Positions 40,410 through 53,805 of a DNA stretch of 64,000 nucleotides are shown piece after piece. The notes under the pieces are model-generated. The model saw nothing but the letters and a program-made list of their open reading frames with translations, did not search any database and was not told the origin of the DNA. The position numbers and the translations under genes are program-made. Positions within the stretch are counted from its first letter, which is position 1; each line of letters starts with the position of its first letter. This DNA comes from Antedon mediterranea (Eukaryota > Animalia > Echinodermata): the NCBI RefSeq assembly GCF_964355755.1, contig NC_092680.1:3472001-3536000 (forward strand), in the 5' to 3' direction.

Positions 40410-43400
40410 CTGAGGAGAGAAAGAATTTATTTGATTAGATGAATCGTGAGAAAAATAAAGATGTATTTATCCATGAAAATAACCATTTTAAATGATTGAA
40501 ATTAACGACTTATAGGAAATCAGTGTAAAACAAATTGTTTAAATATCACTAATTAAACATAAACAATTAGGCCAACGAAAATGTTTTTACTTTGACGCAC
40601 CTTTATCATCAAAGTGTGCCACTGTTGTAAAAGTGAAGTTTCAAATAAATTATTATTATATTTATTATATTATTATTATATATCGTTTGCTAAAATTATT
40701 GTAAGAAACTAATTTTGAATAGGCCTATATCTGTTTCATTTCAAATTAATAACTCCAAGAAAAGAAAAGAGGAAACACAAATTCTACTCGAAAGGATTAT
40801 CCAGTGGATGACCTATGGTGACCTATAATTAATTTTTGGAAAACACACACGTTTTAATCAATATATCTGGTAGACATTAACATAAATATACCTATTAAAC
40901 GCCAGCATCTGAAATATAAGATTTATATACGCCCATAGCGCGTAATGAATCAACTGTCGATATTGTAACATTTTAAAATTTATAATTCTGGATAATATGA
41001 AATTACTAATGCAATTTTAAAATACCAATATTATATTTATCCAAGGGGTGATCTTATTAAATATTAGGCCTAGGCCTATATCACGTTTGAGATGAAGTTA
41101 AAAAGTAGAACATGGATGTTAATTCATTGATACCTTTATCATTTTAGCGAAATAGGCCTAAATGTGATAATTATTATAAACATTAATATTTTATATGAAA
41201 ACTAGTTTAATTATTAATATTTTATTCCAAAATATTTTTTATTATCAGAATAATTATTAGTTATATATAAATATATAAATGTTAAGTATAATAGGAACAT
41301 TAGTAGTCATGTTCCTTTTTCTTATCTGAAATGGGACTTTGTCATTACAGAATTTCTCAGCAAGAATTCCGATAGGCCTACATTGCGTGGCCCACGCACT
41401 AGCCCAGGTGCTATTACGTACGATGACAGAGAGAAACTTGAGAGATTTCTTCTGCTATACTTCACTTCAGAGGTAAAGTAACGAATTTCTGTTGTAAAAT
41501 AAAAGTTTTTACTTCCACGTTGTAACTTCACACATTCTACACCGTGGTAAAAGTTTCCGCGAAATTACACATGTTGCCCCCGGGCCGTCAAGTTTATGCA
41601 TAAACGGTTCTCAATTTTTCTCTGCCAAAAAATTCCATGGGTACAATATCAATGGCTAACGTAAGGGTGTATCGTTCTCACGCCGACTTAACACCGTCTC
41701 GTAGGTCAGGGCTTTGTGTCTTACTAACGGTGCACGTTAATATTCAGTAGAATCTATCCGCCGTTTATTTGCACTTGACTGGCGTAGGGTTGACGCCCGG
41801 CGTACAATCGTAGGCCGATGAACAAAATTAATCGTTCGTGCCTGAGAAAACATACACTGTATTGCTTTGCTTGGTGATGCGTGTACTATAGCCACTGCGA
41901 TTTTGACTCTTTATTACGTTACATTTTTAGCTTAGCCTAACAATTAATTTCATTGTCCGAGTCAGAATTTTCAAAATTTACAGATGTCACCGAAACTTTC
42001 GACAAGCAATTTTGCGTGCGATGAGCTCAGATAGAGAGGTTTAGGCAATTATAATACGTTGGTTAATATAGAGAATTAATACCTTCATTAGGTGTGAACG
42101 GCACTAGTTGTGTTTACAGTAAATGTATGCTCAATAATTGTGTCGTAAATTAGTAATTTTGACATGTGTTAAATTTTATATTGCATGCTTCGTCGCTTCC
42201 GTTTGTGTAAAGTTATGAGTATTGAGATATAATATAATGACTAAGATAGCGGGTAAATAGTTAATATTAGACATTAACGCGTGTAGAAGATATACTAATC
42301 GCCGACCTAATGTACTGTATCGTAGAGATGGAGTTTCTATACAACAAAACGACATATGTTAAAATACTGTTATGTTTGATTGTGGAAATGATAACATTGT
42401 GAAGTTATGTACATAAAGATTCTTCAAACAATACAACACACAATGGTGACATAACTCATGGTTATTAAGATAAAATGTGCGTGATTCAGTTGCGGCGTAC
42501 GTTTACTTGATCACGTCATACAAAACCAACCGACTGCGCTCAGCGTAAATGCAGAGGATAATTAATGCAGGGTTTACATGGGCCTAATTGGAAATGTCCA
42601 GTGTCACGCTTACTTTTGATTACCGCACATGTTTTAAGTGTGAATAGGCCTTTGGCCGCTCTGTTTCAATTCAGGCCCACAGCTAGCAGCCTGTGCTCTG
42701 TGTCGTGTCCGCGCCCTGTGCTCTGTGTCCGCGCGGCACATATTGGATCGAACAGTAATACTATATCCAGGGTAGCACCTTTGTACAGAAGTCGTTTAGA
42801 AAAAGCGTGAAAGCGAAATTTACAAAAGCAGTCTGTCTGATTCAGTTTCATGGTAGAGTGGTTGTACTTGTTTAGAAGCATGATGTGCGTAGGCATGACT
42901 CTACCGCCATAGTTTTCATTATTAATATCATCAGTGTATTATACATCCACTCTATTTACATATTGAATAGAGTTCGTATGGTACACATACAATTATATAT
43001 GTTTATTTAAATAATTACAGTATCAGTAAGCTCTCAGTACTAGCAAAGGCATATAAACGTATAGATAATACTAATAGGCCTACAATAATATAAATAATAT
43101 CTGTCTATGCTTAGATACACCATCTAAAGCCATCCAGAACGGCCAGGAAACTACCGTAATTTAGTATTGACTCGTGTCGTGTAATTCGTGCAAAACGCTT
43201 GTTTAAATTGTAGTCCTCTAATACATTACCTACCTAGATCCCGATTATTAATGGTATACCAATAATACAGGCCTGTCACATATATATAAAGTGATTAAAA
43301 TGGGCCTATAATGATGTAAATAAGGTGTAGGCCTATGATACAGTATGATTTGACTAAGGTTAAGCTCGCATACTTAAGTCCGTATTTAACGCTAAGAATG

Positions 43401-43860
43401 TAAAATTCGTATACGCTATACATGGTGCTATAAATTCCATAGACCGTTCGATACTAATAAATAAAATAATAACACAAATAAAAACCGTTTGCAAAAATAT
43501 AAAACAATGTCACACAATACTCGGTCCCTAGTAAAATTGTACATGGTTATACATAACAATAGTTAGTTAATATTAGTAGAATACATTTGCATTTCTGTAT
43601 AAAAAAAAAACCTCATTTCGATTATTAAAAATTATCGTTTTTGTATTGCCTAGCGTACATTTCCAATAACCTTATATATTGACCAAGACCAAGTCAATCA
43701 TTCTTTTTTATAATTTTGTAAGGTTATTATGCCTATGTAAACATATAAATATTGTTACAATAACATAATAAAAATATACAGTGCATTCGGCTATTAGTAT
43801 TAGTTAATACTCGTGGCGTATTGTTACATGAGTGACTAAAATAAATATATACGTACGTAC

Positions 43861-44068
43861 CTGAGGTAGTCTTTTTTACAATATGGTTTTCCGTCCCGTA
43901 CAAAACAGGTACATGTTTCATCCAAGTAGATATCACAGTCGGCACACTTCAAACACCGGCCGTGCCACTCTAGATCCGGGGCTACGCGTAATATATACTG
44001 ATCGTATATCTGGCCCCCGCATCCAACACACATAGATATTCTTCTATTTGCTCCTACTCCCGTCGACT
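43861..44068 (-). CDS. isl: Islet, coding exon 2 (LIM domain 1)
   Basis: Acceptor ctttcatttatcag, donor gtacgt; 208 nt; [69 protein letters not shown]. Confidence 0.97.
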
Positions 44069-44331
44069 CTGATAAATGAAAGAAAAACTCATGTTATCCA
44101 TAATATTCCATAAAAATCTTAAAGTTGTTATAACTTAAGCATCAATTGATTTAGATGAGCTCTTATATTGCATTCAAGCAATCGTTTTATACACTTGTAA
44201 CAAAGACGGTTTAATTGCAATAATATATCACATAATTGGCAAACTTATGTGAAGAACTGCAAAGGAAAGAATTAAATTAATTAGTTACACTAAATAGCAC
44301 GGACATCTATCAATTTGAATCAACTAAATAC

Positions 44332-44383
44332 CTTTATTAACTTGGCTGGCCTTGATAGTAACTTGCCCGTCGTCAAGCGTCAT
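44332..44383 (-). CDS. isl: Islet, probable coding exon 1 (start)
   Basis: AAAA-ATG context; MTLDDGQVTIKASQVNK then AAG|gtattt phase-1 donor that joins exon 2 in frame across a 263-nt intron. There is no homology support for the peptide itself. Confidence 0.65.
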
Positions 44384-44399
44384 TTTTAAAAAGTGAAGA

Positions 44400-44820
44400 A
44401 AATCGAAAAAGGGGGTTCGCGTCGTGTAAAAAAAAATGTGCAGAATTTGTAGCTAAAGTTACGCACGGTTTGAGAGCGTTAGCAACATGAGTTTTATGGG
44501 TAGTTCCTAGAGCCTGGCTCTCAGAGTACGAAAAAAGATCGTGATGTATTCATCCATTCATCCAACCGATTGAGTGGTTAGAAATTTGTGTTGATGAATT
44601 TACACGCACGGGAAGCCCCATCTCAAATTCATCGCTCTAATGCACAGTCGTCGCTGATTGGTCAGCTGTTATGTTACTGGTTCTCGTGCAGTGACTTACT
44701 TACTAATGGTTTTGTCGATTGAGGGCGGTATACAAAACGTTTGTATTTCGAGTGGTGTTCCAATCTATTGACTGCGACCACACCACTGTCAAGAGACGAG
44801 ACACGCCAGGGTAATCAATT
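44400..44820 (-). promoter_or_regulatory. Probable islet proximal promoter / 5' UTR
   Basis: CpG-richer block upstream of the ATG with CCAAT (44657-44661, minus), E-box CAGCTG (44663-44668) and RFX-like GTTAGCAAC (44478-44486). Confidence 0.45.
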
Positions 44821-45702
44821 TCATATTTTCTCGTTTCGATGTTAAATCTTCATAGATGAGTTTAGAAACATTTATCAACGCCAAATAACAAGAATATTAA
44901 CGAGCGAAATATTTAATAATTTTCACATGATGTACACGTACTGCTATCGGCTTCATTTTAAACTTACAGTTATTATTGTAGTAAATAAAAGGATATTTTA
45001 TTTAGTTAACATGTTTCACAATGAAAATAAAATTGTCATTTATGCATGATTAGAACAAAACACAAAATCGACGGTAAATATTAGTATACGAACAATTAGT
45101 TTAACAATTACTTTTATATTATGCCACATCAATCGTAGTCCAGCTTATACAATTTAAATTATACAAATAACCAAAACAGAAAGAAACGAAAAAATATGTC
45201 TATTTGTTCCATTTATATAACTGATTAAAAAGATATAATAAAATAACTGACCTTAAAATTTATCCGGGGCAGTATACACTATTCACACTAACTTCTTTAG
45301 CGTACATCCATTCATGTACATTGTGTTATAGGCCTATCTTTCTGTGATTCCAAAACAGTTTTCTAATTGATTGTAAGAGAGTTTAAATATGTCTTAGTAA
45401 TTGTGCTATATGTTTTACTCGTTATAATAAGATGTAATAGGCCTACTAAAAAATAGCACTAATATGGAAAAAGCGGAAAAATAATTATTTCGAATGTTAA
45501 CTGCCCAAGTACGGTACCTAAATATAATTGAAATAAAGGGTCATTGGTGGGTCTTTACAATAGGTCAATGAACCAAACACAGGGTACTTTAGGGTATATC
45601 TTTATTGTATACATACACAATAGACATATCACCTTTTGTTAACATAGGATAAAATTGATATTGTTTAAACCACCGAGGAGAACAATAGGCATATTCGGTC
45701 AG

Positions 45703-45718
45703 CCAATAGGTGGCGCTG
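45703..45718 (+). promoter_or_regulatory. CTCF-like motif
   Basis: CCAATAGGTGGCGCTG resembles the CTCF core CCASYAGRKGGCRSY. Confidence 0.45.
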
Positions 45719-48700
45719 TTGAGGGGTTTTTTTTCAAGTGCCTAAAGTCGGTGATTTCGTTTCACTCAAACTAAAGTTTGTTAAAACTATTACAATACTA
45801 TAGTCAATAAACATTGTAAACAATATTTACTTCACTTAAATTATTAACAAAGAGAAATAATTTGTCATGCTTAAACTCAATGTACAATTATTATGTATAA
45901 TTGTATTTTTAATTGATATTATTATTTAACTTTTTGGATCTTGACAAGCAAAAACTATTTGTTGGCAAATTTAATCAAGCAAAATAATCATCTTCAATAA
46001 ACGAAATAGAGTAATATTAAATACAATTCTTTTTCTTAATTACAATTATGATTTTTAAATTAATTAAAACAGTAGATAAGGATAAATTCCCAGTAAAATA
46101 AACAAAGTAATACCAATTTTGTTTTAAAGCAATAGTCTGTAAAATTATGTTATCTTTCATTATGTTCTTTTAATCGTTTAAATATGCATTGTGCCTCCCC
46201 CCCCCCCCCCCCCAAAAAAAAAAACATTTAAAAAAATTAAGATTATTAAAAGAAAAAGAAAGAATGAATATGTTATTTTGTAGTTTTAATAAAGTTGATA
46301 ACTTCCGTAGAAACTATGTTAAAACACGGTTAAATTAAAAAAAACGCATTGACTTCCAGTTTTTTTCAGGTAATAAATAATTTTTGTTCGATCCCATTTG
46401 TGTTTTAAAGTGGATAGGGCTAACTATTATCATTAACAACATTGCATATTCAACAAAACATTTTAAACAATTTTTTCAGGTGGACAATATATATTTATTT
46501 GTTTGTTAATTTAATAAATTTATTTTTTTTTATTTAATTTTCTAAACTATTTTGTTTTGTAAATAAAAACCGTTTTTTTAATATTGTCGCTCTTATTTTT
46601 AGAAGCGATGTCTAAAAAAGTATACGGTTTATATTTAGTACTTTAAAGGACGGTGTGCAGGTGAACATTTTCTTTTGATATTAACATTCCAATAATTATC
46701 GATATAGTTTTATTTATTTCGTAGGTAACAACCACTTTCTTATCAAGGAGGGTAGTTCAAATAACCTAGAAAATCCCTTTTAAGCATTAAATAAAAATCC
46801 AGATGACTAAAATAGATAATTAACTTGAAATTTACGTCTTCTGTGTTTCGAATTTAGATTGTGTAAACATCTAACCGTCTTTAGTTTGAGATTTTAATTT
46901 GCTTTCTTTTTACTAACGTAATTGTTTTTTTTTTCTTAAATAATTATTGTCTATGTTCGTATTAATGTTTTGTGTTCTGACTTTGAAGATACGTTGGGAG
47001 AGCGTCAGTGTTTCTGTCTGGATTTTCACTAGCTTGACCTTCTATGGCTCAAAGAATCATGAAGCTAGGCCTATAAATTGTATTGCCAAACGCTACATCT
47101 TTTGTCTACCATCTCGGAAACAGTGTCATATCCGCCGCGATAACACTTTATAGGCAATAAATACTTATGAGCCTACACAATGCCTGGGATATACTCGCGC
47201 TTGTAATTATGGTTACCATGGGAATTGGTAGTTTTGTGTGAGATTAAACTACGCATGCGGTGCTTAAAATACGATTGTTATACGCAGGGTCAATAAATGT
47301 TTACTTTTGTTTGATTTTTTGTACTAAACAAATTCAGTTTTAAAATGTTTTATTTACGGACAAAGAGAATAAAGTAGGCCTATCGTATGAAAAAAAAATA
47401 CATTGAATCCAATATAAACGTGTTCTATTTAAAACAAAATTCTAAATTTATTCAAGTTACGCAAAATATTTGAAGTATTATTAAAATTCTAATTTAAAAC
47501 TAAAGAGAATGAAAAAGGAATTTTTTCTTATCAACAGACAAATTAGTTTAAAGATCATTATTTAGCTCAGCTAATTTCAGAATAAGGAAAGGAAATTTAT
47601 ATTTCTTCTTTTTTTTTCGTTTTAATTTTCAATTAGGCCTATCGGAAAATATTAGAGAATATATATGTATATTGTGCTTTAAGTCTCATTTGAGGCTTAG
47701 GGAGTGAAGTAAAATGAGTACAACCCTGGAACTATGGTCAAAATGTACCCCTTTTGGGATTAGAAGGTATAGGGGTAAGCACGTAAAAAGTAAAAATCCC
47801 CAGCTCTAACGTCACTTTACATTGTAGCTCTATTTTAGCCTACTGTTAAGCGGTTTGGAGTTTAATTCTGAATCAAATCCAATCATTAATTTTGTCCGAA
47901 ATCACAAAACTATAGTCTGTTTTAAAAAAGACTATCCGGCACAGTATAACAACTCGGCATTGAGTAAAACATTTTTTTCTCAAAATCAACCGTGTTTCAA
48001 ACCCTCCACCCAGATTGATCGGGACTGATGCCCACAGGGTATTTTGCAGGGGCTTTAGTTTGTGGTAAAGATAGTTCATAAAAATGTAGGCCTATATTGA
48101 TATAAAATACAGGTAAAGGTATTTTAACAGGTCTTGTGCCAGACACCCTGGCGTCGACAAGTTATCTTTCTAACCCCTCAACATTCACCTGACGATCAAT
48201 TGAAGCAATGACTTCGTTGATGAAGGATGCGGCCTTTGTGCTATTTGCCAGTGTGTGTACATAAGGCCTAAGACGTGGTTATGAATGTTGAAATAACGGC
48301 TAACAAGAGGTGTCAATTTTAGCCACTTCACACAACCCTTGTCAAATTGTAAATCCGTCACTCAATGGCTTGATACTACTTGGGCCTCATAGGCTGACGT
48401 GAAGAATAATAGCGATGACCAGTACGGATATCATAACGACTTTATCCGCCTTTAAATATGACAAAACCAACCAAATAGCGTTTGAATGAGGTGTTTGGTT
48501 ACAGCAAATAATCAACCCGCGTTTACACGGTAAATTCGTTTCTTAACATGTCCTCGTTCCCAAACCAAAATAATGCCGGCCCATCAGCAGTAATACATAA
48601 CATTAAGCGAAATAATCATAATACATATTAATAATAAAATAATTACAAAATTACGGTATGATAAATATATTGATATTCGTTACCCGTCAGCCTTTACAAA

Positions 48701-49353
48701 AACTTTAAGATCTGGTTGATGGTTCTTGTACGTTTTCATTACCAGTCCGAATCGCATAGAATTTTATTTCACTATGGCCTACGTAACTAAAACAAACAAT
48801 TCATTCGTCCGTATGTAAATTGTCATTTTAAAATATAGGGTTGAACTCCTTTAGGGCACACTGTATCGAGAACTGGTCATTTTAATATGAAGAAAACCTT
48901 TAATGAGGAAATATGTTGGTTTTGGCAAAACTAACGACGACTTGTAGGCCTACAACACCAGTGTGTACAAGGCGGTCAAGTAGCAGACTAAAATAAAATC
49001 CAATCACGTGGCACCACCTTAGTTTTTGTTGACCATAGTCATCCAAAATGAATAAACTTATCGAAAGAATGTGTGCTTTTCGAAACGGTGCTTTGTTATA
49101 GAAATATGTTTCGTGGTTTTATGTTTCTCTCTTGTGTACACATTCTTCATTCTATAGGCGTAATTCCAGAGCCCCGTACTATACACTGGGTAGTTGGTGT
49201 ACGATTGTTCTCTATTAGCTTAAACCACGATCAAACATCGAACGCAGACCATGCTGTAACTTTCGTTCTTTCAGCGTATGCATGTTGTCTGTTCTGGCCC
49301 ATACGGCCGCCCATAAGATAAAACTATTTTCCAAACTCTATACTCTATACTTT

Positions 49354-49586
49354 CTTTTTGTTTGCTATTTGTTGTTAGACTTAAGCCTTTACACTATCAA
49401 ACTTGATGTGACAAAATGTAACATTTTTTTGTCAAACTAGTTTGATAGTAGACAGAGCTTGACTCTCTCAATGGTCAAGCTCTGTCTACTATCAAACTAG
49501 TTTGACAAAAAAATGTTACATTTTGTCACATCAAGTTTGATAGTGTAGACAAGGCTTAAGTCTAACAACAAATAGCAAACAAAAAG
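49354..49586. repeat. 233-bp near-perfect palindrome of two inverted MITE-A derivatives
   Basis: Arms 49354-49463 and 49474-49586, 10-nt spacer TCTCTCAATG, one 3-nt indel between the arms. Confidence 0.95.
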
Positions 49587-50824
49587 TCCCTAATTCAAAT
49601 TCTGGTTTAGCTTTGAATCCGCCATTTAATGACGATTTTGTATGAAAGTAAACTTAGGGCACCTTTACGAAAGATTAACTTTGAACCAATCATCGCGTTC
49701 CTGTCATTGCTGCCGTGCGACTAATGTTAGGCCTATGGATGATAGCAAAGACAGACGAGCATTGAAAGAAAACCATCCCGAAGTAAACAGTTAATGGCAC
49801 GCTTTGTTGATCTCGAGAAGAGCGTCTGTCAGGGAGTGATCAGGCCTGGGATGGTGAATTGTACGTTTTCTTGTGGTTATGTGAAACATGAAGTAGGCCT
49901 AATTTTCACACAATGATGATTTAGTGACGAAAAAAGCTTGATAAATACAATTAAGCATGGTAGGCCTAGTGTCATGGTTAGAACACTGAAGATGAGCGCA
50001 ATAGGACCTAAGCACCGCCAATTAGATCCCACGCCCGCCCTACACCCTCCACCCTCCGTCGCATCCCATTCAGGGCCGGCTCTGAATGCATGTAATTTAC
50101 CATATCAAGAATGCGGTATCATCTCGGCATATACCGTATGGGAAATCTCACATACTTAAACAGATGAATATAGGCCTAGTTAGGTTAATAATGTAGGCCT
50201 ATAATATATAATTCACCGCAAATCAATACCCTAACTTTAGCGCGCATTGCGCGAACGAAACTCAAACAGTTCGACGAGTTTCAAACACTTTAAATAATTA
50301 ATGAGACGCGATTGTTTTTAAAACGCGTTTTTATTTATTTACGAGACGCAATTGTTCAAATACATACGATACGCTGTCTGTGTACATTATAATGAAATAG
50401 GAAACGTTGAAACGGCATGCATCTGGTGGGATAACCATGGTAACTATATACCCGACTACATTAGTGGCTAATTGTCCGTGTGATGATTGTTGCCGTATTC
50501 AAATCCGTAAATTGTGCGTTAAACGAAAACAAACACTGACTACAAAGGCGAACAAACGCTCGCGGGCGCAATTATTGAAATAATGTTTAAATATTCATTC
50601 ATAGGCTCAACAACTCCATTTGTGTTATTTTTATTAATATCGATTACGTCATCATTTATTCATATACAAAATTAACAGTTAGTTTTGTGTTATGATATAT
50701 TCATTAGCGTGGTGGAGGTGTTATGTTTATATGCATTGCGAAGGAGGAGTAAGGTTCGAATAGTTTTACTTGTTAGAATTTAAGTAGGCCTTACATACAT
50801 ACATAAATATTATAGTAGGTGCAT

Positions 50825-51290
50825 GGCATATGATTTCATCTATTCTGCAGTAAATACATAATTAAATTTTATAGTAAGTATATTATGTCCTGTGGTTTCA
50901 TCTAATTACTGCAGTTAATACATTTTATAGTACGTATTTGTCCGAAGATTTCATCTATTTACTGCAGTACATAAATATATCTTTTATTAAATAATGGCCT
51001 CTATGATTTCATATCTTTACTGCAGTAAATAGATTCATTCTATAGTGTAAATATATTGCCCTATAGGCTATGATCTATGATTTCATTTTGTGCAGTAAAT
51101 CATTAAATCAATGCATCTTAGAACTTATAGCAGCTTATAGTCAGTTTTAAATGGCTTATGATTACCTCGTCGTATTCACTTTACTACAGTAAATAAATAC
51201 ACAATTGGCCTATCACTATAACTACTTACTGCAGTAAATAATTACACAATTGGCCTATTATTATAACTAGTTTACTGCAGTAAATAAATA
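50825..51290. repeat. Degenerate tandem repeat (ATGATTTCATCT..TACTGCAGTAAAT)
   Basis: About eight diverged copies with a CTGCAGTA core. Confidence 0.75.
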
Positions 51291-52399
51291 TAAAATAAAT
51301 TTAAATTTTGGACGTCAGATAGGGTGTTATGACACTGATATATATTGCCCTTTGTAGGCTTATTATGAATGTTAAGATTGTATAAAATAACAGTTGTATT
51401 TTTAAAACTGTTAACATATCGTTTCACATAATAGATCTAAGATAAATGCGTTGTCTTTATTGAATTGGATTTTTCACGTTCTCAAAAGATGACATTTAAA
51501 GCTGCAAAGCACGTACATACATTGATCCCATATTAACCTATAATCAGTGGCTAAAATGTAATTAATGTGCAATAATATTCATAATACTCGGCAAGACATT
51601 ATCTCTTTATAATCTACGCGGACACTTTACAAAGCTTGAAACAATAAGGCATTCTTAATCATAATGTTCGTGTGAAATATAATGATATGACAGATTAAAA
51701 AATGCTAGGCTGACAAAGCAACGTCGGAGGGCATTATAAGGGACATCAATCACAATCTTCGGCCTGTGTTCGTTTTCTTTGTTAGGGGTGAAAAATAAAT
51801 CGCAAAGGCCTACAAGGTTTGAGAGCCCTTGAGCATGACGTGCGCTCGTGCTCAGAGCTGCTTCGGGTGTGTGTAGCGCATCGAGGATGAGCGACATGAC
51901 TACTGCGGTAGATTTTGTTACTGGGGAAACGTATGATTGGTTGGAAGAGCGTTTTTGATTAATCAAATGGCCGCTGGGGATTCTGGCGATGAAAATACAT
52001 CAAAAGTGATAATCAACAATCAAGAATAAATCTATAAGAATGAAAAATGAAGATTAGAAAGTTTGTGGTGAGACAAGACTGTATAACCTGTGTCATAAAA
52101 TGATGTCATCATTGTCATGTTGTCATATAGGCATACACATAAAAATTAATTTTGTATCATCGTCATATTCATTTTCATAACCCTCATAAGAGATAATATT
52201 TGTCTGTTTTTACTTTTTAACTTACGTAATTTACAGAAGAAACATAAATTATTATGATTATATTTTTTTAATCGCCATTATTTACTGGTGGTGTTTGAGG
52301 TGTGACTGTTCCACTGTCTCATTCCCGGGGTTTGGTGACATTAAGGGCAATATGGGTAATGACATAATTCAATTCTCGATCTACTCTTAAAAACCCCAT

Positions 52400-52516
52400 T
52401 TGTGCCCATATAGACACGATGATGTCATCTCACTACCATATTTAAGCATACCACTACCACATTTGGGCACATCACACTTTTTTTTATCAAACTAGTTTGA
52501 TAGTGCTGACAGAGCT
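52400..52516 (-). mobile_element. MITE family A copy (reverse orientation, partial)
   Basis: TATCAAACTAGTTTGATAGTG-CTGACAGAGCT end and inverted subrepeats. Confidence 0.7.
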
Positions 52517-53499
52517 GAAGACATAAAAGAAGCATATACATTTATAAGATAATTTGATCATGGACAAATATTTGAAATCTTTATATGAGACTTTGTGTGA
52601 AGCGAGTGAATCTGACAAGTAATTGATCGCAATAGCTGGAGTGTTTTGCAATTGCAAGATGAGAGTTTGCCGTGTTGTCCGACAACAGGAAATATCATAT
52701 TAATAACTATGTGCGATGGTCCACTCAAGATGCTGGTTCATATTCTATACGTTTAACAATTAAATTTCGATTTGCTGTTATCAGATACCGGCCATACGAT
52801 AGTTAAATGTGTGTGTACTGCCTCCTGTTTTTTGTCGAGTTCTTGTAATTCCAAACCCCGTCCAAACATGAGACGCGATGTAAGAAATGGTTGAAAATGA
52901 CAGGTTATGGTATGGAAGAACATTGACGTACAATTCATATACATTTTCATAATGTTTTTTTGTTAAACTTTAATGTTTTATTTCAGATTGCAATCAATTT
53001 TCCTCGTATTGTATCGAGGGTAAGAATGGTTGGAACATTGTATAGCCATATGGACACTGAAACAATAGTCTAAAAATAGCTCTAAAACTGGATTTAAGAA
53101 TTTACAATAGAAAACCGAACGAAAAAAAAAAATTACCAACTAATAGTAAAAAAAAAGCGCTGATTGATTGATAGTCATGAATTGTTACCAAAAGATAAAA
53201 ATAAAACTTTTCGATCTCCAAAGTAATTCAGCTAGCCCTGTTCGCTTTAATCTTTTCGATTCTTTGTCTTTCTAAATGCCAATTCATTTAACCTTTATTT
53301 AGAAACAGTTCAAAGAAGCATACATTTACAATAACTTAAATAGTAACAATAAATAAGAATTGTTTCAGGGATCGGAAAAAGAAGTAAAAGAACCCCTAAA
53401 TATAATGGAATGTATATAAATTATAATCCTAAAAAATCAGAAATATTTCAGATATTTCATTTAAGAAATACAAATTTAACTATAACTGCACATTATGAT

Positions 53500-53805
53500 T
53501 GTTGTTCAATGGGTATCGGACATTTTGAAGAAAATATTGTTAATTTTGAATGGTATTATACAAATACAGGTAAGCATAATTACCGATATCTCAAGTTGGT
53601 ACCGAAGTACAAGCGTGAGGAGCCAATTATCATGTTCAAGAAACGAATATATTGTTAATAGTTAACAATGAATCTTATTTATAGATTTTAATTAATTTGT
53701 GCATGTTTTATAAACGATTTGTATATATTATATATTTATTCGATTCGATTTTATTATTTGTAAAGGCTTGTTGTAAATAGATTTAATTTCATAAATTACA
53801 ACCAC
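53500..53805 (+). mobile_element. Possible decayed LINE (CR1/L2-like) 3' end
   Basis: Peptide HNYRY...LVPKYKREEPIIMFKKRIY* loosely resembles the ORF2 C-terminal LPxxIRxxxSLxxFKKxL motif, followed by a T-rich tail. Weak. Confidence 0.25.

Noticed and set aside
46197-46224. C-run/A-run homopolymers (also a G-run at ~53867)
   Set aside because: Common low-complexity tracts with no supporting context.
46770-46870. Alternative coding first exons (MFTQSK..., MLKRDFL...)
   Set aside because: Wrong phase or poor donor compared with 44332-44383.
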